Of a stretch of DNA of 64,000 bases, positions 40,798 through 53,891 are shown in pieces. Under the pieces are notes generated by a model. It was not told where the DNA came from, made no database searches, and was given only the letters and a program-made list of their open reading frames with translations. Source of the stretch: Paraspadella gotoi (lineage: Eukaryota; Animalia; Chaetognatha); contig CM119265.1 of the NCBI GenBank assembly GCA_051294375.1, positions 3,096,254 through 3,160,253 of the forward strand. Reading direction: 5' to 3'. The translations under genes were made by a program, and so were the position numbers. Within the stretch, counting starts at the first letter, position 1; the number at the start of each line of letters is the position of its first letter.

Positions 40798-41091
40798 CAC
40801 CTCACCCTTTCACCCACTCACCCAAGCCCCTTACCATCTTCACCGGCGCCAAAAGATCCGCTTCCGCAGCGTGCTGCTGCCGTCGGCGAACGGCGGCGCC
40901 GCCTGTCCTCACCTCAAGGAGACGATGGACGCTGAAGAGACGTCGTCGTCGTCGTCGTCGTCGTCGCTGGTAGAAGAATCAAGGGCCCCTTCCCCTTTAT
41001 TGTCGGGGGCTTTGTGGTCGTCGTCGTCGTCGTCGTCGTCGTTAACGTCGTGGAACGGAAATGAAATTAGCGCCAATGTCGAAGGTAATAG

Positions 41092-41178
<87 letters not shown>

Positions 41179-41299
41179 TTTCAATTAATCAATTTTTTTC
41201 CCAGATTTCCACCTCCCGGATTCCATCGGTCAAATCGCCGCCAGATTCTCGCGATACTTTCTCTCCTCTTCAGCTTTTAAAGATCCTTTCGGGGGTAGG

Positions 41300-41353
<54 letters not shown>

Positions 41354-41967
41354 GTCGTCATCATCGTCATCATCGTCATCGTCATCATCGTCATCATCAT
41401 CATCGTCATCATCGTCAGTCCATTAACTTACTTAACTTACATTGGACATTTTCCTAAACGACAAGTCTCACCCAATTGCAGGTAAGTTCCTCTCTCATTT
41501 AAACTTTCCCTTTCGGCCGTCGAACTCCGCCGAAGAGATATTACGGCCTTATTTTCCCAGAACGCCCCAATTCATCTTTTCAATTTGAGATTAGGTAAAA
41601 GGTTAAGGTTAAGGATTGGTCAGCGATTATGGTTTGGGATTTGGGTTGAGGATTTGGGTTCAGGATTTAGGGTAAAAGGTTATAGTAAAAAACTAGGTAT
41701 AAGGATTTAAGGTTAGGGTCAGGTTTAGGGATTGGTTTATACATAGATTTAAAATTAATTTAAGGTTAAATATAAAAAAATTAAAGGAACAGACATTGGG
41801 CACTCTTGGAAAATAGAGCCGAGATTCCTTCTTGAGGGTAAGTTTCGATTTCCCAGGATGGAATTCTTTCGGGTGAGTCTCCGCCGCTCGTCGCTGTTTC
41901 GGAGGTAAGGAATTTGTTTTCTTTTTTAGACGAGAAGGTAAGGACTCCTACTGTTTATCCGCAAGTT

Positions 41968-42026
<59 letters not shown>

Positions 42027-42514
42027 GAATTTTTTGAGGGCATTTCTTTTTTTAACCCAAACTGGATTTTTCTTGCAGTTTTCTTCTCGAAAGTCGAAAT
42101 TGGCGATTCAAATGCCAGATTTTTTGGTCGGTCAGTCGGTCGATCGGTCGGTCAGTAGGTTCCTCGGTCTTTTGTGAAGTACAGTAAAATAAAAAAAAAT
42201 AACAATCTAACAAAATTTTATCATTCCTCAGTAGAATAAAATATTTAAAAAAATATGTGCACATTGAATTATTTATATAAATGTTATATTGTTAGAGGTA
42301 GATTTATTTATTTTTTAAATTAGTTTTATTTTTCTTATTTAAAAAAAGGATGACTCTTTTTTGAAAAATAAATTGTCAGTTTTTGTATTAATTTTGAATA
42401 TTTAATTTGAAATTTATTTTAAAAAATAAAAAAGGCGCAGTCGTGACTTTCAAACGCTTTTTTCAATCTTGCAAAACTGGATAAATCGCAAATTCTTCGT
42501 TGAAAATAGATTTG

Positions 42515-42568
<54 letters not shown>

Positions 42569-42569
42569 C

Positions 42570-42619
<50 letters not shown>

Positions 42620-42802
42620 GTTCCTTTCTTTCTCACTATTTCAAATATCTTGGTGTTTTCCCTTCTCCGCTTGGGTTCGAAAGTTCTTTAAAAATTTTAA
42701 GACCTGAATAACCTCGTGATAAGTAATATAATGAAAAAGTAATCTCGAGTATTATAAGAGAAAATAAAAAGATAGTAAAAGAGAATGGATGAGGCGAGAG
42801 AG

Positions 42803-42900
<98 letters not shown>

Positions 42901-45900
42901 TGCATGTGTGAAGGGGCGCGATTACATGAAATTTGCTCAACTTTCTGTCAACCCGTTTCGACTCTTCTCTTTCCCTTCAACTGATTTGACCTTTTTCCTT
43001 CCAAATTTGACCTTTTGGAGATTTCTGACCTTTGCCGAAATTTTCCTCTTCTCGAGGGAAAGAATTGAAAGGTGGGTCGTGTTACGGACTTGAGTGTCAA
43101 ATTTTCGCGTCTCGCCGTGACAACTTAATATCCGTGTCACAATCCAGAAATTAAATAGCCAAATGCGGCCAAAGGACTCTTTAAAAAATAGCCAAATGCG
43201 GACAAAGGACTCTTTAAAAAATAGCCAAATGCGGCCAAAGGACTCTCTAAAAAATAGCCAAATGCGGCCAAAGGACTCTTTAAAAATCATAATTTCGTAT
43301 TTTGATCTAAGCAAATAACTTTATTAAAATACATATAAATATCATAATGTGCTCTAATGCAATCATGTAATCATGTAATTATCGATCGTTAATGCTCATA
43401 AATCAATGATATTTGATTTTATACTAATCAATAATGAATATAGTATTTAACTGAGTTTAAAGCATTAAAGCATGACCAAATTTAAAAAAAAAAATTAAAT
43501 ATTTTGATTTTGAATTTCCGAATATTTTTTTTTCTCTTGACCTTTTTTCTCTTGGAAAAATTTGATTTGATGTCGAGGAATGTAATATTTCCTGCAATCG
43601 GAGAATAAAGGGGGACGGGGGGGAGGATAAAGTGGTTAAAAGGGGGTAGTCAGAGGTGGAAAGGTGGTTGAGGAAAGTGGGTGGTGGTAGGAGTGAGGGA
43701 AAAGGTAGTGATGGTGGTTGTGGTGGAAAAGCCGAAAACCCGGTGAGTGGTGACTCCTCCTCTCCTGGGGGTTTTGGCGGAATTCATGAAAGAATAAGAG
43801 TGAAAAAGGATAAAGGTGGGTCGGGTGGCTTGCTTGGGTGGGTGGCTTCCCGAAGGTGGGCGTGGAAAGAAGTTTAGGTGAAAGCGAAATTCTGACTTCT
43901 GTTTGGCAGAAATATCTGGATGCCATCCAGACCCCAAATGGAATTCCCGTTGATGAAAGATTAAACATTAAAAAAAAAATTAAATTCAAATTGAAATCGA
44001 TTTTTTTAGGATCGAATGCTGGAAAAAATGGATTATCGGAATAGTGGAATGCTGGAAAAAAGGAATGTCGGAATGGTGGATAGCTGGAAAAAAGAAATAT
44101 CGAAATGGTTGAATGCTGGAAAAAGGAAAGTCGGAATTGTGGATAGCTGGAAACAAGAAATATCGGAATGGTGGAATGCTGGAAAAAGGAATGTCGGAAT
44201 TGTGGATAGCTGGGAAAAAAATATTGGAATGGTGGAATGCTAGAAGAAAGGAATGTCGGATTGGTGGAATGCTGGAAAAAATGAATGTCGGAATGGTGGA
44301 ATGCCAGAAAAAGGAATGTCGGAATAGTGGAATGCTGGAAAAAAGGAATGTCGGAATGGTGGAATGCTGGAAAAAAGGAATGTTGGAATTGTGGATAGCT
44401 GGAAAAAAGAAATATCGGAATGGTGGAATGCTGTAAAAAATGGAATGTCTCAATGGTGGAATTCAGAATTCAGTAATGTCGGGATAGTGTCATGCGGGAA
44501 TGGTGGAATGTTGCAATGCTGAAATAGTGGACTGCTAAAATGCGAGAATGCTGTAATGGTGGAATACAGGAATGCCCAAATGAGGGATTGCCGGGTTGGT
44601 GGAATTCAGGAATGTTGTAATGGTGGAATACAGGAATGCCCAAATGAGTGATTGCCGGGTTGGTGGAATTGAGAAATGCTGAAATGGTGGTATGCCGGGA
44701 TCGCGAAATGCCGGAATGGTTGAATGTCGAAATTGCATAAATGGTGGAAAGAGGGAATGCACAAAGAGGGAATGTACAAATGCTGGAATTTGTAAATAGT
44801 CGAAGCTGGTAATATGAAATGTCAAAATCGGAAATGCCTAAAAATATTAAATATGTCGAAATTCGAAAATCGAAATGGAAGTTTCATATCACCAAACAAG
44901 TAACTTTGCAACTTCCATAATCACGAATCACCAAACAAACTAAAAAATGATCAAAACCAACCAATGAACCATTCAATCCGACCAATCAACCATTCATTCC
45001 GACTAATCACGCCCTCAGGCGAACCGACTCTCTTCCCTCGTGACATCGTCTTTCTCGTAGACATGAGTGGCAGCATCGGAGTGGACGAGTTCGCTAGAGC
45101 GATGAACGCCTTGGCCGAACTCGTGGGAGAGATTTGCGGAGGAGTCAGCGATCACAGAAACTCAAACAGGTTCTGGGTTCTGGGTTCTGGGTTGTGGTTG
45201 TTGTTGTTGTTGTTGTTGTTGTTTTTCCGCTTAGTAGGATGTAGCTTTTGAGAAGTATTTATTAGTATTTATTAAAGAGTTCAAAAATCATTTAGTTATT
45301 GCTATTAACTAATTAATTAATAATTAATTAATTCGTACGGCTATTTAACAAAAAAAATACAATTTCTGATACGGGCTTTACATTTTCACTGTGTTGATTT
45401 TAAGTCTTATCGCCACAGTATTAAATACGATTACATATTATTTTGTCAAAAGAACACATTATTTTTTCAGTAATGAAGATTCTTTGTCTCCTCCAACGCT
45501 TTGTCAACATCATCCCGTCATCCTCTCTCATCCCAACTCCCTCTTTAGGATTTCCCTCGTCACCTTCGATCAGCTCGTCGACTTAAACTTCGACTTCGAC
45601 GAGCACCTGGACCTCAAGCAGGTGCAGGCTGCCATCAGGCGGGTGCGACCAACCAGAGGCGCCACCTGCACGGGGAGCGCCATCAAGTTCGTCCACGACG
45701 TCGTCTTGGGGAATCTCTCGTCGGGTGAATGATTGATTGATTTGTAGTCGGGCATTGCCAAGTTCACCCCGCCCATAAGTAATTAAGTATGACAGTTATG
45801 ATCCGGTGGCTCATTGAGTAAAGCCGTCAACTCATGACCACCAGCTACCGGTTCAATCCCAACCCGGTACCGACCCTGCCGGAAGCGTGAGGACGGAAAG

Positions 45901-48900
45901 CGGATAGCAATCTACACCCCACTTAGCGCTTTATCTACAGATTAAATCCCGAGGACGATTTTTTTTTTTTCAGCAAAGTTTTTTTCTCTTGTCTGCTTGC
46001 TTGCTTCTCTGTTTTGATAAATGGATCGATTTTCATTTAAGATTGAATTAAATTTATTGAATCCAAATAATTAATTTATCTATCTTTGTTTCTCCCCGCT
46101 CAACTACTCCAGGCATTCGCCCGTACGGTCAATCTGACAAGGACGTACTCATTCTCACGGACGGCCTCTCCAACTGCGGCGTCCCCGTAGAGAAGTGGGC
46201 GCCGCTGCTCAAACTCAGGGCCAACGTCTTCTCTCTGCTAATCGGGTCTTACACACAAGCAGGTCCTGATATCGCCTTATATAATAATAATAAAGTATTT
46301 TATTGTTAATCTACATAACCGAATAACAACTTTTTATGGAGGATAAAGATTTAAAAGTTAGTCAATCAATGAATCAAGCAATCAATCAATCACGCGTTTG
46401 GTCAATCAATAAAATCAATGAAACCAATGAGTCAATCCAAATTATCAATTTAATCAAGTGAAATTTGTTCATCAACGCCTCTGATCCAAGACGATATTCT
46501 GCAATCCAAACCAATGGAACCATTCACCGACCAATCAACCATTATCTGAGCATCACGCCTCAGGCGAACCGACTCTCTTCCCTCGTTGACATCGGTCTTT
46601 CTCGTAGACATGAGTGGCAGCATCGATAAAGCTCTGGACGAGTCGCTAGCGAATGAAGCCTTGGCGAACTCGTGGGAAGAGATTGCGGAGGAGCAGCGAT
46701 CACAGATAACTCAAACAGGTTCTGGGTTCTGGTTGCTGGTTGTGACGATTTTGTGTTGTTGTATGTTGTTTTTTCCGCTTAGTAGCGACTGTTAGCTTCT
46801 TTGAGAATACTTGTATGTATTTATTAAGAGTTTCAAAATCATTTAGTTATTGCTATTAACTAATAATTAATAATTAATTATTCGTACGGCATTTAAGCAA
46901 AAAAAAATAAAATTTCTGATTACGGGCTTTAATTTTCATGTGTTGATTTTAAGTACTTATCGGCCACAAGTATTAAATACGATTACATATTTTTTTGTCA
47001 AAAACGAAACATTATTTTTCTAGTAATGAAGATTCTTTGTCCTCCTCCAACGCTTTGTTCAACATCTCCCGCATCTCATCCTTTAATCCCAACTCCCTCT
47101 TTAGGATTTGCCCTCGTCACCTCGATCAGCTCGTCGACTTAAACTTCGACCTTCGACGAGCACCTGGACCTCAAGCAGGTGCAGGCTGCCATCAGGCGGG
47201 TGCGACAACCAGAGGCGCACCTGCACGGGAGCGCCTCAATTCGTCCACGACGTCGTTCTTGGGAATCTCTTCGTCGGGTGAAGATTGATTGATTTTGTAG
47301 TTCGGCATTGCCAGTTCACCCCGCCCATAAGTAATTAAAGTATGACAGTAATTGAAATCGGTCGGCTATTTGAGTAAAGCCGTCAAAGCTCATGACCACC
47401 AGCTACCGGTTCAATCCACCCGCGTACGACCTCTGCCGACAGCGTGAGGACGGGAAAACGGATAGTAATCTACACGCCCCACTTAGCGCTTTATCTACAG
47501 TAAATCTCGTGAGAGGACGATTTTTTTTTTCTTAGCAGATAGTTTTTTTTGTCTTTGTTTGCCTTGCTGTTCTCTCTCTTGTTTTGATAAATGGATCGAT
47601 TTCCATTCTTAAGATTTAGAACTTACAATTTATTGCATATCCATTAATTAAATTATTTATCTATTGTTTCTCTCCCGCTCACTACTGCGCGATCGGACGC
47701 ATTCGCGCTCCGGTTGAGCGGATAATCATGACACAGTTCTGTACGTCTGCCCATTCTCCTGTCCCGCACGGGTTACGTGGCCCCTTCATCCCTACAACCC
47801 TTTGCGCGTGCGTTAGTGGAATCCCCCTCAGTTTCAGAAGAAGCTGCGGCGGCCAGCTTGCTTCACACAGTACTATTGAACTTCCAGCCGTCGGCCAACG
47901 GCTCTGTTACTTGTCTATGCGTCTTCTTCTCCGCATGTCTAATTTCAAAATCAGCGGGTTTTTAATCGACGTCGGTCAGCAAGAAACTCCCTGGATCAAT
48001 ACGATTCGTGTCGACGTCTGGGCCTTCAGTTATGATGAAATAATAATGTCGATAAGTATTTTTGAGGTTTCAGAGTCTGTTGACAGGCTAATCATAAGCC
48101 GGAACGAATATCGGACATATAATTATCCAACTTTTTCATCGTTATTGTCATGAGAAGGGATTTTTTAAAAAGTTTATTAGTGAAAGTCTAGAGTTTCAAC
48201 GGCTGAATCGCATAGTGTTCCTATTCACAATACAACTCATCCGTCGTGGCCTCGTTTGGAATCAACCATTCAAGTAAAATCTTCCAATCCGGAAACCAAT
48301 AGTCAATCCAAAATTATCAATTTAATCAAAGTGAAATTTGGTTTCCATGAACCAAGCTTTTATTTCCTGCCTCAAGTCGTGCCATGATTTTTCATATTCT
48401 TATCCGTAATGGAGGAATCATTTATTCTTGGGCCAAAAAAAAACACCACTTTTTTTCCCAAATACTGTTCAGAATAGTACCCCGGCAACGACAGAAAAAG
48501 AATTAAATTGTTAAGCCCCTCTAGAAGCCGGCTACCGGATCATCACATCAAGAGGTGAGTTCGGCAGTCCTGCGAGACTAATAACGAAGGGATAGAATTA
48601 AATCTTTATCTGCATTCATCTGCCTTTTCTTCGCGATTGGCCATTCTCTCACCGTAGAGAATCAAGATCAATATCATATTTTGGCTCCACTCATTCGTGT
48701 TCGTGGTCTGCACGTCTCCATTTTTAATAAAAACAAAAAAAAAAAAAAAAAAATTATGTCCACGCCATGTTTTGGTCCATCTTTTGACTTTTGTCCTTGG
48801 AGCATTTTGAACAGGCTAATTGTTGATCTGAGAATTAATTGAGATATCCATAGGGGATCTATCTTTTTATTCCAAATTCTTTCGAGTATTTTTCGAGCTG

Positions 48901-49989
48901 TCTGTCCGGGCTTTTGGGGTCTTCGCTTCCCCCTTATGCCTACACGGCAAGTCGGGCCATGCATCTTTTTACCTGAATATTTTTCATTTTTTTTGTCGTC
49001 GCCTGTGGGAGGAGTTTGGTTCCACGCGAACGCACACGATACAGGGTTCAAATTCCACACGCTGAACGGTACGTTTAGGCGCCCGATATCATCATTTTCA
49101 GTGGTAGTGTGGCAAAAACTCCGCCATATCTATTGTTGCCTCTTGGATATTTTTTTTAAAATTTTATAACGGGCTGAAAGGTTAAAAAAAAATACTTACA
49201 TTTTACATATTTAAAAAAAATTACAATTTTTAAAATAACGGAAATATAACTTTCAAAATGTCCACAATTCTAATCAATGATCCAAATAATATATCCATAT
49301 TGGGGGTTGCGTGTGCTCGTTTCTTGGTACACCGTTACCGGCCTCTCGCGTTAAAAACCATTTTAGTGGGCAAAATCTAAAAGAATTTTTAAAAAAATAA
49401 TGGGTTGATTGAGGGGGGGGGGGGGGGCTGGCTAGAGAAAAAAAAATTTTTTAAAGACCTAACTTTTAAAATATGGTGAGTATTGTGGTGAGGGGCTGAT
49501 TTAAAAAATATTATAAACACCTAATTTTTTTAAAAACAAACAAACAAAGATGATAACACTAAAAACTCGGATTTTTTGAACATTATTTTTTTAAATATAT
49601 AGAGGTTTGTACCAAATGTTAAGAATTTTAAAATAAAAGAATATGGAGCGAAATTCGCTAGAATATAACAAGGTTAACGAATTAAAAAAAACCGCATTCT
49701 TTTAATGTAATGGAAAGCCGTCAGTAATTTTTTTTCTTCTCAATCGACAGGTTTTTGCGGAAAAAATTTCCGCAAAAATCTGTCGATTTTTAAATCTGCT
49801 TGGCAACCAAACTTTGAAATAAAATCATACGCTACCGAAGTTTCTCGAAATAAAATTGAGAGAGAAAACAAAGTTTATTTTTGTTTACAAACAACGAGTT
49901 TTATTTTGAAATGGACATGTTTGAAATATTTTTCGAGTCTTCTTCAGCGCAGTGTTAATTTTACCAAACATTTATGATGAAGAGAGAGA

Positions 49990-50065
<76 letters not shown>

Positions 50066-50870
50066 ACGTCCACCAAATAATTGAGTATGGATAGTATATG
50101 AGGGTGAGAACAGTTTGTAGGATAGGAGTGGAATTGACTATGACGAAATAAAATAAATTTTAACGCTTATTATGTTGGCGTGAAGAATCAAAATACTTCA
50201 CACAGATAGAAGAGAAAAAGAGAGTCAGAGCGAAAGTTCGAGAAAGAAAGAAAACAAAAAAAGCAGTAGAAAAAAAAAACGTTTAATAATATAGCGTGCC
50301 GATTTTTTTGCCTAAGCAGTAGTATATCTAAAAACGCGACAGATCTTACGAGCAATTTATCAATTAAAAGTTGTTCCTAACTGAGAAAATCGTTTTTTAG
50401 TTTCTTTTTAATAAAGGCTGATACCGTAATTGGAATGATTAACGTGAAAGAAATCATGTCTTACCGTATTTTGAAAGCATAAGAAATCACCCAGTGAGTT
50501 CTATGTTATAAGGAGAAGAAACTAATGCCAACCGTTTTTTTAAATAAAGAAAGTTTCATATTTATCAGTGGAAAAAAATAATTAATAGTTATTTAAGTTT
50601 CCAATTTCAATGTTGAAAATACCCAAATCAAAATCACTGCCCTCACAAATAATTCAAATAAATAAACAATAAAATTCCGAATTCCCTTTTGTTTTTGTCT
50701 CTAGGCATCCCTACAGATCGAGTCTATGGTATCCGACCCGATCCCGACTCACCTCTTCTCACTCCAAAACTACAATCAGTTTCGAAGAGTTGGTCGCAGC
50801 GAATCAAATCTGCGCAAAATCATTTCCTTGCGTCCCTCTGGTGATGGACAGTTTGCGAAGGGGAAGATGA
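40214..50870 (+). CDS. Secreted protein: signal peptide, degenerate spondin-type TSP1 repeat, Ser-rich linker, von Willebrand factor A domain with intact MIDAS
   Basis: Exons 40214-40430 (VDCHVSSWTEW), 40827-41084 (RFRSVLLPSANGGAACPHLKET), 41205-41294, 45019-45169 (DIVFLVDMSGSIG), 45549-45724 (ISLVTF..GATCTGSAI), 46113-46262 (VLILTDGLSNCG), last exon 50705-50870 (second copy 53088-53254; consensus IESMVSDPIPTHLFSL). Phases are consistent; the last exon has indels in both copies. Confidence 0.85.
41544..41821. mobile_element. MITE-like repeat with telomere-like core (same family, opposite orientation)
   Basis: CGGCCTTATTTTCCCAGAACGCCCCAAT ... ATTGGGCACTCTTGGAAAATAGAGCCG, with a TTAGGG/TTAAGG-like core. 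Confidence 0.75.
43153..43286. repeat. 33-bp tandem repeat x4
   Basis: Unit AAATAGCCAAATGCGGCCAAAGGACTCTTTAAA. Confidence 0.92.
44012..44850. repeat. GGAAT-rich minisatellite (~31/63-bp period, decaying toward the 3' end)
   Basis: Unit approximately GGAATGTCGGAATGGTGGAATGCTGGAAAAAA, alternating with a GGATAGCTGG variant. Confidence 0.9.
44955..48360 (+). repeat. Tandem duplication of three vWA exons (44955-46490 vs noisy 46505-48360)
   Basis: The second copy repeats GGCGAACCGACTCTCTTCCCTCG etc. with increasing indel noise and broken frames. Confidence 0.88.
45805..45970 (+). mobile_element. Possible tRNA-derived SINE in a vWA gene intron (noisy duplicate at ~47358-47530)
   Basis: A-box-like TGGCTCATTGAG and B-box-like GGTTCAATCCC at tRNA-like spacing, an unrelated body and a T-rich tail; no cloverleaf. 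Confidence 0.45.
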
Positions 50871-52361
50871 ATGCAGGAGGAAGATGATGAGGAAATAAGG
50901 AGGAGGAGGAGGAAGAGGAGGAGGAAAAGAGGAGGAGGAAAAGGAGGAGGAAGAGGAGGGGAAAGGGAGGAGGAAGAGGGAAGAGGAAGAGGAGGAAATG
51001 AGGAGGAGGAGGAAAAGAGGAGGAGGAAGAGAAAAAGGAAAAGAGAGGAAAAGGAGGATAAAGAAGGAGGAGGAAAAGAGGAGGAAAAGAAGGAGGAAAA
51101 GAGGAGGAAGAGGAGGAGGAAGAGAGAAGAAGAAGAGGAGGAAGAGGAGGAGGAAAAAGGAGGAGGAAGAGGAGGAGGAAACAAGGTGAAGCTGTGAGAG
51201 GGAGATGGAGAAAAATTGAGAAAAGTGAAGAGACAGACTCTCAAAGAGGAAGGAGAGAAAGTTGATCAGGCGTCGAGAGCTAAACTCAGAATAAGTTCAA
51301 GAGTGAAGATCATGTACAGGGCCAAGCGTCATACCTAAGCATGTAGCCATGTTCTAATTAAGACATAAAATTGAATTGTTTTGTTTGATATTTAAATCTT
51401 TANNNNNNNNNNNNNNNNNNNNNNNNNACGGCAGTGATTTCTATCGAGGAATTTAGCAAAAAAAACCACTTTTTTCAATACTGTTAGAATATTACCAAAC
51501 AAAAAAATTAAATTTTAACTCTAAGACAAAGTTGCGAGACTACAGATTAATTAAAATCATCATTGCTGCATTTTTTTCTAATCAAAGAATCATATTCATT
51601 TTTTGCTACTTTTAATAAAAAAAATTATGTCCATTTTTGTCCATTTTGACTTTGTCTTGAGATTTGAACGCTAAGATTCATGAGAAAAATTTTTTACTCC
51701 GGCTTTTGGGTCCTTCTTATCTTCTTTACCTCTGAGTTGGTTCATTTGCCATTAGTCATCTATTGTTTGCCTATGGATTAATTTTTTAAATTGACGAGTA
51801 AAAAACTTAACATTTTTACATTTTATTACAATTTGTTAAACGAAAATACTTCAAAATGTCCACAATTCTAATCAAATATTCCCTATTGTTGGTGCTTCTG
51901 GTACCTAAAAAATTAGGGCAAAAAATTTAATAGTTTGCTGCAAAAAATTTTTAAGCCTACTTTTAATTTGTGATATTTGTGAGGGGCGTTTTATTTAAAC
52001 TAAAACTCGGTTTTTGACTTATTTTATAGTTTTAATAGATGAGAATATACTAAGGGTTAACGAATTAAAAAAAACCCATTCTTTTAATGTAATGGAAAGC
52101 TCAGTAATTTTTTTTCTCTCAATCGACAGGTTTTTGCGGAAAAAATTTCCGCAAAAATCTGTCGATTTTTTAAATCTGCTTGGCAACCAAACTTTGAAAT
52201 AAAATCATACGCTACCGAAGTTTTCTCGAAATAAAATGAGGAGAGAAAACAAAGTTTATTTTTGTTTACAAACAACGAGTTTTATTTTTGAAATGGACAT
52301 TTTTGAATATTTTTCGATGTCTTCTTCAGCGCAGTGTTAATTTACCAAACATATTTGATGA

Positions 52362-52451
<90 letters not shown>

Positions 52452-53775
52452 TCCACCAAATAATTGAGTTATGGATAGTATTGAGGGTGAGAACAGTTTG
52501 TAGGATAGGAGTGATTGACTATGACGAAATAAAATAAAAATTTAACGCTTATTATGTTGGCGTGAGAATCAAAATACTTCACACAGATAGAAGAGAAAAA
52601 GAGAGTCAGAGCGAAAGTTCGAGAAAGAAAGAAAACAAAAAAAGCAGTAGAAACACAAAAACGTTTAATAATATAGCGTGCCGATTTTTTTGCCTAAGCA
52701 GTAGTATATCTAAAAACGCGACAGATCTTACGAGCAATTTATCAATTAAAGTTGTTCCTACCATGAAAATCGTTTTTAGTTTCTTTTTAATAAAAGGCTG
52801 ATACCGTAATTGGAATGATTAACGTGAAAGAAATCATGTCTTACCGTATTTTGAAAGCATAAGAAATCACCCAGTAGTTCTATGTTATAAGGAGAAGATA
52901 ACTAATGCCAACCGTTTTTTTTAAATAAAGAAAGTTTCATATTTATCAGTGGAAAAAGAATAATTAATAGTTATTTAAGTTTCCAATTTCAATGTTGAAA
53001 ATACCCAAATCAAAATCACTGCCCTCACAAATAATTCAAATAAATAAACAATAAAATTCCCGAATTCCCTTTTGTTTTTGTCTCTAGGCATCCTACAGGA
53101 TCGAGTCTATGGTATCCGACCCGATCCCGAACTCACCTCTTCTCACTCCAAAACTACAATCAGTTCGAAGAGTTGGTCGCAGCGAATCAAATCTGCGCAA
53201 AATCCATTTCCTTGCGTCCCTCTGGTGATGGACAGTTTGCGAAGGGGAAGATGAATGCGGAGGAAGATGATGAGGAAATAAGGAGGAGGAGGAGGAAGAG
53301 GAGAGGAAAAGAGGAGGAGGAAAAAGGAAGGAAGAGGAGGGGAAAGGGAGGAGGAAGAGGAAGAGGAAGAGGGAAATGAGGAGGAGGAGGAAAAGAGGAG
53401 GAGGAAGAGAAAAAGGAAAAGAGAGGAAAAGGAGGATAAAGAGGAGGAGGAAAAGAGGAGGAAAAGAAGGAGGAAAAAGAGGAGGAAGAGGAGGAGGAAG
53501 AGGAGAAGGAAGAAGAGGAGGAAGAGGAGAGGAAAAAGGAGAGGAAGAGGAGGAGGAAACAAGGTGAAGCTGAGAGGGAGATGGAGAAAATTGAGAAAAG
53601 TGAAGAGACAGACCTCAAAGAGGAAGGGAGAAAGTTTGATCAGGCGTCGAGAGCTAAACTCAGAATAAGTTCAAGAGTGAAGATCAATGTACAGGGCCAA
53701 GCGGTCATACCTAAGCATGTAGCATGTTCATATTAAGACATAAAATTGAATTGTTTTGTTGATATTTAATCTTTA
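48380..53775 (+). repeat. Tandem duplication (48380-51402 vs 51428-53775) including the last vWA exon
   Basis: Near-identical copies separated by an N gap at 51403-51427. Confidence 0.88.
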
Positions 53776-53891
53776 CATTCTTATAAAGCTTCGAGATATA
53801 CATAGTTTCAAGCTATAGTTCGTCGAAGTTCCGATCAAGATTTCTTTATATTTCACTTTTATTCAAAACTGCATAGTCACGGCTCAACAAA

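Noticed and set aside
41295-41481. Poly-Ile/His/Ser coding extension up to the donor at 41481
   Set aside because: It is a (TCA)n microsatellite; the donor at 41295 gives the correct phase for the vWA exon.
46505-48360. Second vWA paralogue or true pseudogene
   Set aside because: The uniform, progressively worsening indel noise points to a raw-read duplicate.
50871-51197. Arg/Glu/Lys-rich ORFs (also 53255-53567, 30141-30481 and ERERE/SLSLS ORFs throughout)
   Set aside because: They are translations of GA/CT-rich simple sequence in UTRs and introns.
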